Shown here piece after piece: positions 47,328-56,324 of a stretch of 64,000 nucleotides of DNA. Position 1 is the stretch's first letter, and each line of letters opens with the position of its first letter. This DNA is from a virus (taxonomy: Duplodnaviria > Caudoviricetes), in the IMG/VR virus record IMGVR_UViG_3300027374_000002, positions 1 through 64,000 of that record. The stretch is one strand, 5' to 3'. The notes below the pieces were generated by a model. It did not search any database. It was not told the DNA's origin and saw only the letters and a program-made list of their open reading frames with translations. Both the position numbers and the translations under genes were made by a program.

Positions 47328-47990
47328 ATGGGGAAAAAACTTTTATCAAAAATCATTATAGGTATCGCTGCGGTTTGCGTGTTTTCATTCTTCGTTGTTG
47401 GCTGCTCTGCGAGTGATGAAAAATTACTTTCAAATGCGCGGAACCAGGCAGATGCACTATTGAGTGATAAAGGTTATTCCTGCACCGAAATTAGAACTGA
47501 ATTCCTGAACACGCTGACATCAAACGAAAAAGAATACAAAATATATAGTTTAACCATTTATCTGGAAACGGAGGAAACCGGAGACTATGAGTCTATTTGG
47601 GGAGCATTATCGGTTTTAAAGAATTCAAATTATGATATGGACTGCTTCAAAGAGGGCAGAATATCCATTATGGAATATGTGTTTTATGAAGGTGGCACTT
47701 ATAGCATTTCATCGTTGAACAGCTACATGCTTGAAAAGAAAGGTGATTATAAGTTCAAATACGTTACAGAAACCGTTCCGCACCCAGACCTTCCGTATGT
47801 GGGAATGTCAGAAGAACTTATCAGTTTTACAGGACTTGGCGAATATGCATCAAGAGTAAAACATGAAGGTGATAACCAGCATAGGCATTGGGTAACTTAT
47901 ACCTATTATTTCAGTGAAAATGGAAAAACCACTTATATCGTTCAATGTCAGGATGGCAAGGTAACATCTGTTTCCGGAACGAGCAATTAA
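47328..47990 (+). CDS. Lipoprotein
   Basis: Basic N-terminus, hydrophobic core, lipobox VVG-C. Confidence 0.8.
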   Translation: MGKKLLSKIIIGIAAVCVFSFFVVGCSASDEKLLSNARNQADALLSDKGYSCTEIRTEFLNTLTSNEKEYKIYSLTIYLETEETGDYESIWGALSVLKNSNYDMDCFKEGRISIMEYVFYEGGTYSISSLNSYMLEKKGDYKFKYVTETVPHPDLPYVGMSEELISFTGLGEYASRVKHEGDNQHRHWVTYTYYFSENGKTTYIVQCQDGKVTSVSGTSN

Positions 47991-48028
47991 AATTGAGCTG
48001 GTTTCCCGCTGTTTTTGAATTCTACCCA

Positions 48029-48057
48029 TTGACAGCGGGCTGCCTGTTTGATATAAT
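48029..48057 (+). promoter_or_regulatory. Consensus sigmaA promoter overlapped by an 8-bp IR
   Basis: TTGACA-17-TATAAT with TG; CCCGCTGT (48005-12) / ACAGCGGG (48032-39). Confidence 0.85.
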
Positions 48058-48062
48058 AAAAG

Positions 48063-48243
48063 CACAGAGAAGGGCATTGCAAAAAAAATAGTCGGATGTA
48101 AAGCATCTTGGATTTGCGACCTGTTATGCAAGTGACAGGGAACAAGGACGAATGATTTATATAACACCATTTTTTGAGTTGATGCCTGACGGGGCTACAA
48201 GGGCGTAGTCTATATTCGTCAGGCTCATTTTATGCCCTCTGTG
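48063..48243 (+). ncRNA. Candidate structured RNA or 5' leader of the RNase III operon
   Basis: Closing stem 48063-77/48232-43 plus several nested hairpins, starting at the predicted TSS. Confidence 0.5.
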
Positions 48244-48267
48244 AAATAAACACGGAGGTATTTTTTT

Positions 48268-49338
48268 ATGAAGGATGAACAGTACACCGAGATTGAACAG
48301 CAAATCGGTTACGAGTTCGAGAACAGGTTGTTATTGCAGCAAGCGTTCACCCGGAAAAGCTATACGGAAGAAACGCACGATGGCGATAACAATGAAGTGT
48401 TGGAGTTCATTGGCGATAAGGTTCTGGACCTGATCATCGTCAAGGTTCTGACTGAGTATTACGGTGAAATTAACGAACGCAACGAGTATGAGTGCGAATA
48501 CACAGAAGGCAAGCTCACTGAGTTTAAGAAGCATCTGGTGGAAAGTAAGATGCTGGCTGAGCGCATAGACGAGCTTGGATTCGCGGATTACTTAATTATG
48601 GGGAAAGGGGACAAAAAGAATAATGTCCAGAACGAAACCCATGTGAAAGAGGATTTATTTGAAGCAATTCTCGGCGCTGTTGCCCTTGACAGCGGTTGGG
48701 ATATGGCTGCAATGCAGGACGCGGTGGAAATGATGCTGCACGTTGATTGCTATTTGGATGAAGGGTTCGATGAGGACCAGGACTATGTTTCCATCATCCA
48801 GCGTTGGCAGCAGAAGCGCATCGGGGAATTACCCGATTACAAGTTTACGGACAAGCAGACTTACGACTTAAACCGCATGCTTCGGTGTTACACCTTTGTA
48901 AACCGGCGTGAAAGAATGGAAGCGGGTGAAGGTGATATTGTTTGTGAATTGCGCATTGATGATGGTGAACCGTTTGTTGGTTTCGGGTATTCAAAGAGCC
49001 TGGCAAGAATGGCGGCGGCGGAGCTTGCGTATGATTATTTGGATGAAAACGGTCTTCTGCGCACAATGCAGGATGAGATTGGTGAACCTTCGCGCGAAAG
49101 AGCAGTGAGCCAACTTCACGAGCTGTCCCAGAAGGGATACTTCTCTGCGCCGGTTTATGAGTTCGAAGAGGACCACGATGAAAACGGGAACCCGGTCTGG
49201 ACCTGCGAATGCAGCATCGCCGAATATGAGGACGCATATTTTTACGAGGCAAGTTCGAAGAAGGAAGCGAAACGGCTGGCAGCTTATGAAATGCTTCTCT
49301 CGATTCTAAACCATACAAATGAGGAGGATGACAGATGA
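48268..49338 (+). CDS. rnc: Ribonuclease III with two dsRNA-binding domains
   Basis: NEVLEFIGDKVL signature, EDLFEAILGAV; two dsRBMs ending SKSLARMAAA and SKKEAKRLAA. Confidence 0.92.
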   Translation: MKDEQYTEIEQQIGYEFENRLLLQQAFTRKSYTEETHDGDNNEVLEFIGDKVLDLIIVKVLTEYYGEINERNEYECEYTEGKLTEFKKHLVESKMLAERIDELGFADYLIMGKGDKKNNVQNETHVKEDLFEAILGAVALDSGWDMAAMQDAVEMMLHVDCYLDEGFDEDQDYVSIIQRWQQKRIGELPDYKFTDKQTYDLNRMLRCYTFVNRRERMEAGEGDIVCELRIDDGEPFVGFGYSKSLARMAAAELAYDYLDENGLLRTMQDEIGEPSRERAVSQLHELSQKGYFSAPVYEFEEDHDENGNPVWTCECSIAEYEDAYFYEASSKKEAKRLAAYEMLLSILNHTNEEDDR

Positions 49339-50744
49339 GAGTTGTATCAACAAAGCTGAAAATGGTTGATGCGTTTACGGAAGCGGAGTTTTTCGGAACC
49401 ATAAATCAGTGGATGAAAAATGCCGGTCCTTGCAAGGCGGTGGCTGAACAGCTCGAAGCCTGCGAAGAGAAAGTTGGTGTGCATCTGGAAGCGGAATATT
49501 GTATTGCGGATACTTTCCAAATCGAAAAGGAAGATTCAACGTTCACCCTGTTCAAGTTGGAACAGGAATTCCATCAGCAGACCTGGACGAACGAAGTTAT
49601 TCTTAAAAGTGCCGGCAGTGAGAAGGAGGTGTTCTTCCACATTGATTGCTCCCGCGATGCGACCAGATTTGACGAAGCACCTGAAATGCGCACAGAGGTT
49701 ATTCGCACTTTTGTAAACAGCGGGTATGTAAAGCAACCGAAGGTTCCTATTACTTCCAGGACCGTTGAAGCAACCAATGACCTGCTCGATTGGATAGCGG
49801 CTGCTATTCAGGAAGAATATACTGAGGAATTGCCGTTAATTCTTGCGACTACATATTTTGGAAGCCAGGCAATCGAGATTGATGATTTTGCGCTTTCGAG
49901 GAAGTTGGCAGGACTTGCGTACATTGTGGTGTGCGATAACGAATACACAAGACTTCTGAAGGATAAGGCGAAATGTGCAGTGCCGTTCAATGGCGCGGTT
50001 ACAATTTACTGCAAAGGTGGGAAGCCGCGTCAGTTCCGGAAAAAGGATGCGTTCCTGGGCGCAACGCTTGATAAGCAGATAGCAAATGAAGTGCAAAGGT
50101 TTGTAACCGCAGCGGTTGATGCCGAAGCACCGACTTGGGAAGCACTTCACGCTGAGCTGGTTCATAAGGAAGCGAAAGAAAATGCTGCTCTGGCAGAAGA
50201 AGCGTTCGATGCAAACGAAACGCTGGACGAAAAGCTGAAAAGGGCAGAGGAAAGAATCGCAGCGCTGGTGCAAGAGAACATGCAGTTGACTGCAAAGAAC
50301 GAAAGCCTGAACAGAGCGCTTACGAAAAACGATGCCGTTCAAACGGTATTAGAGGCTTCAAGCATTCCGGAGTTCTTCGAAGGCGAACAGCACGATTTGG
50401 TGGTTTCCATTTTACAGAAAGCGCTGTCGAACTGCGGCACAAAGGATACTCGGCAGAAAGAACTGCTCACCGACCTTTTGGCGCATAACCATATAATCGG
50501 AAAAGGCAAGGAACTGTTCGAAGTGGTTAAGTCTATATTCGCTGATGGTGAAGACCTTTCCGCGAAAGAGCTGGCAGAGCTGAAAAGGGTGGGCTTTGAA
50601 ATCACAAGCGAGAACACGCACTACAAGCTGGTTTATAAGGGAAGCAAATACTGGTTCAGCTTGGCGAAAACCACGAGCGATAAAACCCGCAGCGGGAAGA
50701 ACCTGACTTCGGACATTACGAAAACACTCTCGGTCTATAAATAG
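49335..50744 (+). CDS. Hypothetical protein: N-terminal domains, coiled coil, HicA-like C-terminus
   Basis: ATGA overlap with rnc; LKRVGFEITSENTHYKL..KTTSD..GKN. Confidence 0.7.
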   Translation: MRVVSTKLKMVDAFTEAEFFGTINQWMKNAGPCKAVAEQLEACEEKVGVHLEAEYCIADTFQIEKEDSTFTLFKLEQEFHQQTWTNEVILKSAGSEKEVFFHIDCSRDATRFDEAPEMRTEVIRTFVNSGYVKQPKVPITSRTVEATNDLLDWIAAAIQEEYTEELPLILATTYFGSQAIEIDDFALSRKLAGLAYIVVCDNEYTRLLKDKAKCAVPFNGAVTIYCKGGKPRQFRKKDAFLGATLDKQIANEVQRFVTAAVDAEAPTWEALHAELVHKEAKENAALAEEAFDANETLDEKLKRAEERIAALVQENMQLTAKNESLNRALTKNDAVQTVLEASSIPEFFEGEQHDLVVSILQKALSNCGTKDTRQKELLTDLLAHNHIIGKGKELFEVVKSIFADGEDLSAKELAELKRVGFEITSENTHYKLVYKGSKYWFSLAKTTSDKTRSGKNLTSDITKTLSVYK

Positions 50745-50754
50745 GAGAAAGAAA

Positions 50755-50916
50755 ATGCGTACAACAGCAATCTGCCCGGAATGCGGCGCAGTCCAGAAAG
50801 GGTTAATTTTACAGGAAACAAAAGGCTCGGTTGTCTGCAATAAATGCGGTAAGCAGTTTGAGGCTCCTTTTGAAGAACCCGCAGAAGAACCGGAAAAGAA
50901 AAGCAAGCCGGAATAG
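50755..50916 (+). CDS. 53-aa zinc-ribbon microprotein (not in the ORF track)
   Basis: AGGAGA RBS; MRTTAICPECG..VVCNKCGKQF. Confidence 0.7.
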   Translation: MRTTAICPECGAVQKGLILQETKGSVVCNKCGKQFEAPFEEPAEEPEKKSKPE

Positions 50917-51093
50917 TTTTCTACCATTTTAATGAAAAAACCGTCATCCCAACCGGGTGGCGGTAAATTTTTTTTATTTTTTTGCAACTTTTTTTGAAAA
51001 CACCATCAAAATAGTAGTTCGGATCGTGTATATACCTATGAACACTTTCACACTCACTTAAAAAATCCCATCGAGTGTGAAGAGGAGGTTTTT

Positions 51094-51222
51094 ATGAATT
51101 ATTTTAATATTCATAAGCATTACACTCTTTGTGTAGTGTGCGGGCGTAAAGTCCGTTCAAAATACCCCTTCCAGATTATCTGTGATGAGTGTTTTGAAGA
51201 AGAACTTGATAGATTAGATTAA
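51094..51222 (+). CDS. 42-aa CxxC..CxxC microprotein (not in the ORF track)
   Basis: GAGGAGG RBS; LCVVCGRK..IICDECFEEE. Confidence 0.65.
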   Translation: MNYFNIHKHYTLCVVCGRKVRSKYPFQIICDECFEEELDRLD

Positions 51223-51245
51223 TCTATCCGAGAAAACAATCATCC

Positions 51246-51266
51246 CTTAATCGGGGTGGTGGTTTT
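51246..51266 (+). repeat. 21-bp direct repeat (terminator arm), left of gmrSD
   Basis: CTTAATCGGGGTGGTGGTTTT, identical to 53121-53141. Confidence 0.85.
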
Positions 51267-51337
51267 TCTTTTTTATCGTAAAATCCATTGTGAAAGTTAC
51301 GAAAATGTAGTATTATAAAAGAGAAGAAGATTGCGAG

Positions 51338-53104
51338 GTGAACTCAATGCCCACTAACAATAAATACGAAGATATGAGCGCCCTTGATGCGCTGCGCTTT
51401 GCCGAGAACCATACCTTATTGCTGCCGGATATCCAGAGGGAATATGTATGGGACTATCAGGAAATCGAAAGGCTGTTTGAATCAATAGTGGACGAGTACC
51501 CGATTGGCTCTTGTATTTTCTGGAAAACCAACCGCGCAACCATAAACGCAGAAAAACCGAACCTGTATTATTTTCTGCGTGAGTACGAGCGCTGGAAAAC
51601 GAAGAATGAAAAAGCGCCGGAGGTGTTTAGCAACGAAATTGATTATTACATCGTGCTTGATGGACAGCAGCGTATCACCTCACTGAACATTGCACTTTAT
51701 GGTTCGTATACATATTACAAGGGCGGCAGGGGACACGCTTGGGATAATCCAAAGTCGTGGTTGACAAAAGAGCTTTATTATAACCTTGATTTCTACGCGG
51801 CATCCAATGAAGAAGAGGATGATGAGAACCCCAGGAAGCGCTTTGTTTTTTTAACAAAGGAGGATGCGGAAGCGGGACATTATTACAAAATAAAAAATTT
51901 ACTCGCATTCGATAAATTGCAGCGGTTTGTGCTTGCTTTGAATAATCTGACAACCGATGAAAAGGTAATCGATGACTTGTCAATGCTCTTTGAGCGTCTG
52001 CACAACGCTTCCGGGAATGGGTTGATTCATTACTATTGTATTTCCGAAAATACATACGATGAAGCTCTGGACATCTTTGTGCGCGTAAACTCCACCGGCA
52101 GAAAGCTCTCAAAATCTGACTTACTTTTTTCGACCTTGATAGACGGGTGGAAGACCGGCAAAGAGAATATTGAAAACCTTCTCGCCACGATGAATTCCAA
52201 AGGGGACAAGTTCAATTTCACCAGAGATTACTTGATGCGACTTTGCCTGGTTCTGGTTGATGCTAATACAAACCTGAAAATAAACTCTTTAAATCAAAAG
52301 ACGGTTTTATCGATTCGTGATAATTGGGATGCGATATACGCCGCCGCAGATACCATGTCAACTGTCCTGGCAGACATTGGTCTTTCCAACGAAACCTTGA
52401 CTTCGTATAACGCAACGATGCCCATCGTTTATTTCTTATACAAGGGCGGCAAGATAAAAGATAAAGAAGCGAAAAAGGAAGTGCGTAAATTCCTGTCGGT
52501 TGCTATGGCTCAGCGCCTCTTCGGTGTTGCAAGTAACGATGCTTTGAATAAAACGCGCAACGTGCTGAAAGCGCTTGATTGCAAGAAGGCGGTTTTCGGG
52601 TTATCACTTTTCGCGGAAACCACGCTCACCGGTGGCAGAACATTTACGGTTTCTGAAAAGGACATCGACCATTGGCTGAATACCTACGAAAAAGGGCAAA
52701 GCACATATTTGCTTTTGGCGCTGCTTTACCCGAATTACAAGTTGAGCCAGGTTGCGTTCCATCAGGACCATTGTCACCCACACGTATCTTTTGATGATAA
52801 AAATATAATTGCACTGGGGCTGACCGAAGAAAAAGTGAAGGAGTGGCAGAAGAAGCGTAATCTCCTTCCGAACCTTCAATTTTTGGAAGGTACAGAAAAC
52901 GAGTCAAAGAATAAAACACCGCTTTATGAATGGGTGAACGCAGGGTATAACTTTTTGTATCGTCCCGCGGGCGTTTCACTTGAACTGAAAGATTTTGATG
53001 TGTTCTTTAATGAAAGAAGGAAGCTGATTAAAAAAGAACTCGCATCGATATTCGGCGTTACGCTTCCGGAAGAAAACCCGGACAGCAATACTGAAGAAGC
53101 ATAA
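51338..53104 (+). CDS. gmrSD: GmrSD-family modification-dependent restriction protein (DUF262 + HNH/DUF1524-like)
   Basis: LPDIQREYVW, LDGQQRITS, IFVRVNSTG; DHCHP..NL..N.SK. Confidence 0.88.
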   Translation: MNSMPTNNKYEDMSALDALRFAENHTLLLPDIQREYVWDYQEIERLFESIVDEYPIGSCIFWKTNRATINAEKPNLYYFLREYERWKTKNEKAPEVFSNEIDYYIVLDGQQRITSLNIALYGSYTYYKGGRGHAWDNPKSWLTKELYYNLDFYAASNEEEDDENPRKRFVFLTKEDAEAGHYYKIKNLLAFDKLQRFVLALNNLTTDEKVIDDLSMLFERLHNASGNGLIHYYCISENTYDEALDIFVRVNSTGRKLSKSDLLFSTLIDGWKTGKENIENLLATMNSKGDKFNFTRDYLMRLCLVLVDANTNLKINSLNQKTVLSIRDNWDAIYAAADTMSTVLADIGLSNETLTSYNATMPIVYFLYKGGKIKDKEAKKEVRKFLSVAMAQRLFGVASNDALNKTRNVLKALDCKKAVFGLSLFAETTLTGGRTFTVSEKDIDHWLNTYEKGQSTYLLLALLYPNYKLSQVAFHQDHCHPHVSFDDKNIIALGLTEEKVKEWQKKRNLLPNLQFLEGTENESKNKTPLYEWVNAGYNFLYRPAGVSLELKDFDVFFNERRKLIKKELASIFGVTLPEENPDSNTEEA

Positions 53105-53120
53105 ATAAAAACCATCACCT

Positions 53121-53141
53121 CTTAATCGGGGTGGTGGTTTT
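53121..53141 (+). repeat. 21-bp direct repeat (terminator arm), right of gmrSD
   Basis: CTTAATCGGGGTGGTGGTTTT. Confidence 0.85.
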
Positions 53142-53284
53142 CTTCATTTTCGGAAGCGGCTTCATCAATAGCTTTCCGCGCGCGGTTGCGTTGCATATCG
53201 TAAAAAGCATACAGTAAAAGCGCGACTGTTTCTTCCGGCGTGTTGGGATTATGGAAGTGGAACTTCAGCTCCGGACGGGAGGGT

Positions 53285-54244
53285 TTATTCCTCGTCATCG
53301 TTTCCGGTTTCTTCTTCGCCATCTTCCGATGATACCTCGTTGAGGTTTTCGTCAAGCGTGAGTTCTTCTACCTGACCGCCGTTCTGGAAAAGCGCATCGT
53401 CATTTACTTCGTAGAACTCATCGTCATCGCCAATATTATCAAGCCCGGAGTAGTCCTTTGCGAAGAGCGCGTTCAACTGAAGTTTGGCTGCGTTGGATTT
53501 TTTCTTTCCGTTATATTCCAGAACCATTACTTCGGCGTAGCCCATGCAACCTGCCCGGCGTTCCTTCGCGGTGCGGGTGAGCTGCTTAATGGAAATAGCG
53601 CCGAGCTTTTCTTTGAACAGGTCATCGTCCAGCGCTTCTTTATAGACCACGACCAGCTTTGCAACGGCTTTCATAATGTTTGCGCTGAAGGAATTATAGT
53701 CTCCTTCCCAAGCGCCGATAATAAGCCGTAACACGCGGTCTAAGGCGTGGTATCCATGTTTGTCGAAGATGTACTCAAGCGTGGAAACTGCGCAAATCGC
53801 GCCCGGTTTTTTGGAAGAACCGATTATCATTCCATAGGATTCAACCAGGTCTCGTATCATTAATTGTTTGTCATTTCCGGCTTCGATATTTGCCATAAAG
53901 ATTTCGTAAGGAATGAGCGGCTTGACGAACTTCATCTGGTTTGCGAAGATGTCCGCTTCATGCGAATAGTCAAGGTCATCGTAAACCATACACCAGACCG
54001 GCGTTTCGCGGGAACCGGAAACGAGCGCCACGATTTCAATGGTGTGCTGCCCGTTGAATACATAATTGATTCCATTGCGGCGGCTGACTTTTACAGGGTT
54101 TATTTGGTAAAGGTCGAAGTTTTCTGCCGCGCGGTTGATATGAGAGCGGGAGAGGTTGCGTTGATACTCCTGGTTGGATACCAAGTTTTTTATGGGTATT
54201 TGCTCAAAATGTACGTTGGGTACGAAAGCAGAGAAATCGGGCAT
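53285..54244 (-). CDS. ParB/Srx-like protein (DUF6551-like)
   Basis: EYQRNLS, VKVSRR..YVFNGQHT; acidic tail. Confidence 0.75.
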   Translation of the reverse strand: MPDFSAFVPNVHFEQIPIKNLVSNQEYQRNLSRSHINRAAENFDLYQINPVKVSRRNGINYVFNGQHTIEIVALVSGSRETPVWCMVYDDLDYSHEADIFANQMKFVKPLIPYEIFMANIEAGNDKQLMIRDLVESYGMIIGSSKKPGAICAVSTLEYIFDKHGYHALDRVLRLIIGAWEGDYNSFSANIMKAVAKLVVVYKEALDDDLFKEKLGAISIKQLTRTAKERRAGCMGYAEVMVLEYNGKKKSNAAKLQLNALFAKDYSGLDNIGDDDEFYEVNDDALFQNGGQVEELTLDENLNEVSSEDGEEETGNDDEE

Positions 54245-54246
54245 TT

Positions 54247-55179
54247 TTAGACCTCCTCAATTAAAAACAGCAATTCGGTTACTGCGGAAGCAAGCTCGTC
54301 AAGTATGGTTTGTACTTTTATGAGTGCCGGCTTGGAAACGGTGCTGAAATTTGTGTTTTGTTTGGTGCGTTGTATTGAATCAAGCCACGATGGGATGGTG
54401 AGCGTTAAGCTGTTGATGGCTGCATCAGGATCGAAGGTTGGCATATCTTTTACGGATGATTGTGCGCCGGAAGCGGAAGGAGTGTAATTGCTTTGAATAA
54501 CGGCTCTGCTTTTTTTGAATTTCAGGATTACCTGGTTTCGGGAATTGCCGAGCCGCTTGTTTAATTTTTGAAGCTCTTCCGGAGACATCCTTTCAACTTC
54601 CAAGATGCTATTGTGCGATATTTTATAACGCCCGGATAGTATCTTGGGTACAAGCTCTGGGGCTTTCCTGCCGATTTCCAAAATGGCGCGGGTGTAGCGG
54701 GCATACTTCTGTATGGTGCCGAAGGATACGTTGTTTTCTTTTGCAAGCCGCTGCGCAGTAACGTGGCGGCAGGGGAGTATTTCGCTTTCCGGTAAAAAAT
54801 CATCTTCCTCCTGTGGGTTCAAAAGGTCATCGCGTTTATTTGAGTTGATGAGCTTTTCCGTTTCATACTGCATTCCGATGAGGAAGTGGCGTGCTTCTTC
54901 GGTTATGTTGTCGCGCTTGCATTGTGTTGCACAAATCCATACAACGGCAGCTTCCTTGCAATCGAACGGCATTTCTTCAACTGAAAAGGGAATATGATAT
55001 CGGGTACAAATATCGTAACGGCAATGACCGTCAATGATGAACCCGCGCCAGACTTTTATGGGTTCCAGACAGCCGTTATTGAGAATGCTGGTTTCGAGTT
55101 CCAGGAATTCCTTTTGCGGATGTGGGCGAATGAGAGACTTAAACTCTCTGCATATTTCGAGCGTATGGTTAGTTTCCAT
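54247..55179 (-). CDS. ParB-like N-terminal domain protein
   Basis: LE.SILNNGCLEPI.VW..IIDGHCRY; HTH-like AQRLAKENNVS.GTIQ. Confidence 0.75.
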   Translation of the reverse strand: METNHTLEICREFKSLIRPHPQKEFLELETSILNNGCLEPIKVWRGFIIDGHCRYDICTRYHIPFSVEEMPFDCKEAAVVWICATQCKRDNITEEARHFLIGMQYETEKLINSNKRDDLLNPQEEDDFLPESEILPCRHVTAQRLAKENNVSFGTIQKYARYTRAILEIGRKAPELVPKILSGRYKISHNSILEVERMSPEELQKLNKRLGNSRNQVILKFKKSRAVIQSNYTPSASGAQSSVKDMPTFDPDAAINSLTLTIPSWLDSIQRTKQNTNFSTVSKPALIKVQTILDELASAVTELLFLIEEV

Positions 55180-55570
55180 TAGGAACCTCCGGCTCGATGC
55201 GTTTTATTGTTTTTAATGAAAAAACTGCCGCTGCTTTAGATGAAATAACTTCACCCGAAAGACGGTAGGAGTAGTTAGTTTCCAGACCGCCGATAACTTC
55301 GCAAAGACGGGTGATAAAAGAGCGGCTGTAAATTTCATAGGAATTATCGGAATTCATCAGGCTCATATTAACCTTGTGCGACTGGTCTCCTGACAGCTCT
55401 TTTTCTACTGGGCGAATAGCGACAGCCATCATTGATGGGTTGACCAGAAGTTGAATATACTTCGGATCGCCCAGAAGGTGAATGGTTTGCTTGTGGATGC
55501 GTATTCTGTATTTTTTCAGGTCAATAGCAATTGTGGTGGGTGTAGAAGTGGGACTACTCATGTGAGCCAC
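55169..55570 (-). CDS. Hypothetical protein, paralog of the recombinase C-terminal domain
   Basis: RIRIHK..LLGDPKYIQLLVNP..AIRP..YRLSGE. Confidence 0.75.
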   Translation of the reverse strand: MAHMSSPTSTPTTIAIDLKKYRIRIHKQTIHLLGDPKYIQLLVNPSMMAVAIRPVEKELSGDQSHKVNMSLMNSDNSYEIYSRSFITRLCEVIGGLETNYSYRLSGEVISSKAAAVFSLKTIKRIEPEVPNGN

Positions 55571-56324
55571 CTCCGGCTGTTATGCCAACGGAAAGAGAGG
55601 GCTGGTCCTGACCACCCGTGGGTGTTTCTTCCGGCTTCAGTTGAGCATCCTCTTTAATTGTATAAATTGCGTAACCGTCAAAGATATTGATTTGCATCGA
55701 CTGCTTATGTTCGTTATAAGGCAAGCCGAATTGATTCTGCCAATCTTGCGGAAATACCGGTGTTCTGGAAACTTTCGGTTTTGCGCCGTCGGGGAAAGTC
55801 TTCTGGTAAACTTCGGCAGCGGTAAGGTCATACGCAATCAAGTATTCGCCGTTCGAGTGGATGAGCTTGCCAAGAAGTTTGTACCTGAAATCCGGGTTCC
55901 ATCCCATAAGCTCAACAATTTTTGCGAAGAACAGCTTGCAAGTTATTGGCTTGGGTTTGCGTTTTCCTTTTCCAGGTTCAGTACACCACATAAAGGAATC
56001 GCGGGAACCTTCGTTGCAAGGGCGAAGGGCGAGTATCTTTCTTTCGCGGTTAACGAGTACCTGCGCGTACCCGGAGTTGGGGAACTTGGAAAGGCAGGCG
56101 GCATTGACATAGAATTTACAGTTGTTAAAGGAAACGGAAGGCTCGTGCATATGCGCGAAGAATTCACGCCTTACAACCTGGAAATCGTCAAAGTTAAAGT
56201 CCTCGCTCAGTTCCAGCAGTTCGTCATTCTCGCCAAGAACAGGGGGAACATTTCCATCTGGTATAGGAACGCCGTTCGGGGTAGGCTGCTCAAGGTCAGT
56301 GGTGTTTTCTTCATTTTCAATCAT
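55554..56324 (-). CDS. Hypothetical protein, paralog of the recombinase C-terminal domain
   Basis: FQVVRREFF, LVNRERKILALRP, GWNPDFRYKLLG, PQDWQNQFGLPY. Confidence 0.8.
   Translation of the reverse strand: MIENEENTTDLEQPTPNGVPIPDGNVPPVLGENDELLELSEDFNFDDFQVVRREFFAHMHEPSVSFNNCKFYVNAACLSKFPNSGYAQVLVNRERKILALRPCNEGSRDSFMWCTEPGKGKRKPKPITCKLFFAKIVELMGWNPDFRYKLLGKLIHSNGEYLIAYDLTAAEVYQKTFPDGAKPKVSRTPVFPQDWQNQFGLPYNEHKQSMQINIFDGYAIYTIKEDAQLKPEETPTGGQDQPSLSVGITAGGGSHE

Noticed and set aside
53122-53355. 77-aa minus ORF overlapping the ParB-like gene end
   Set aside because: Could be a small real gene from an internal start, but support is too weak to list.
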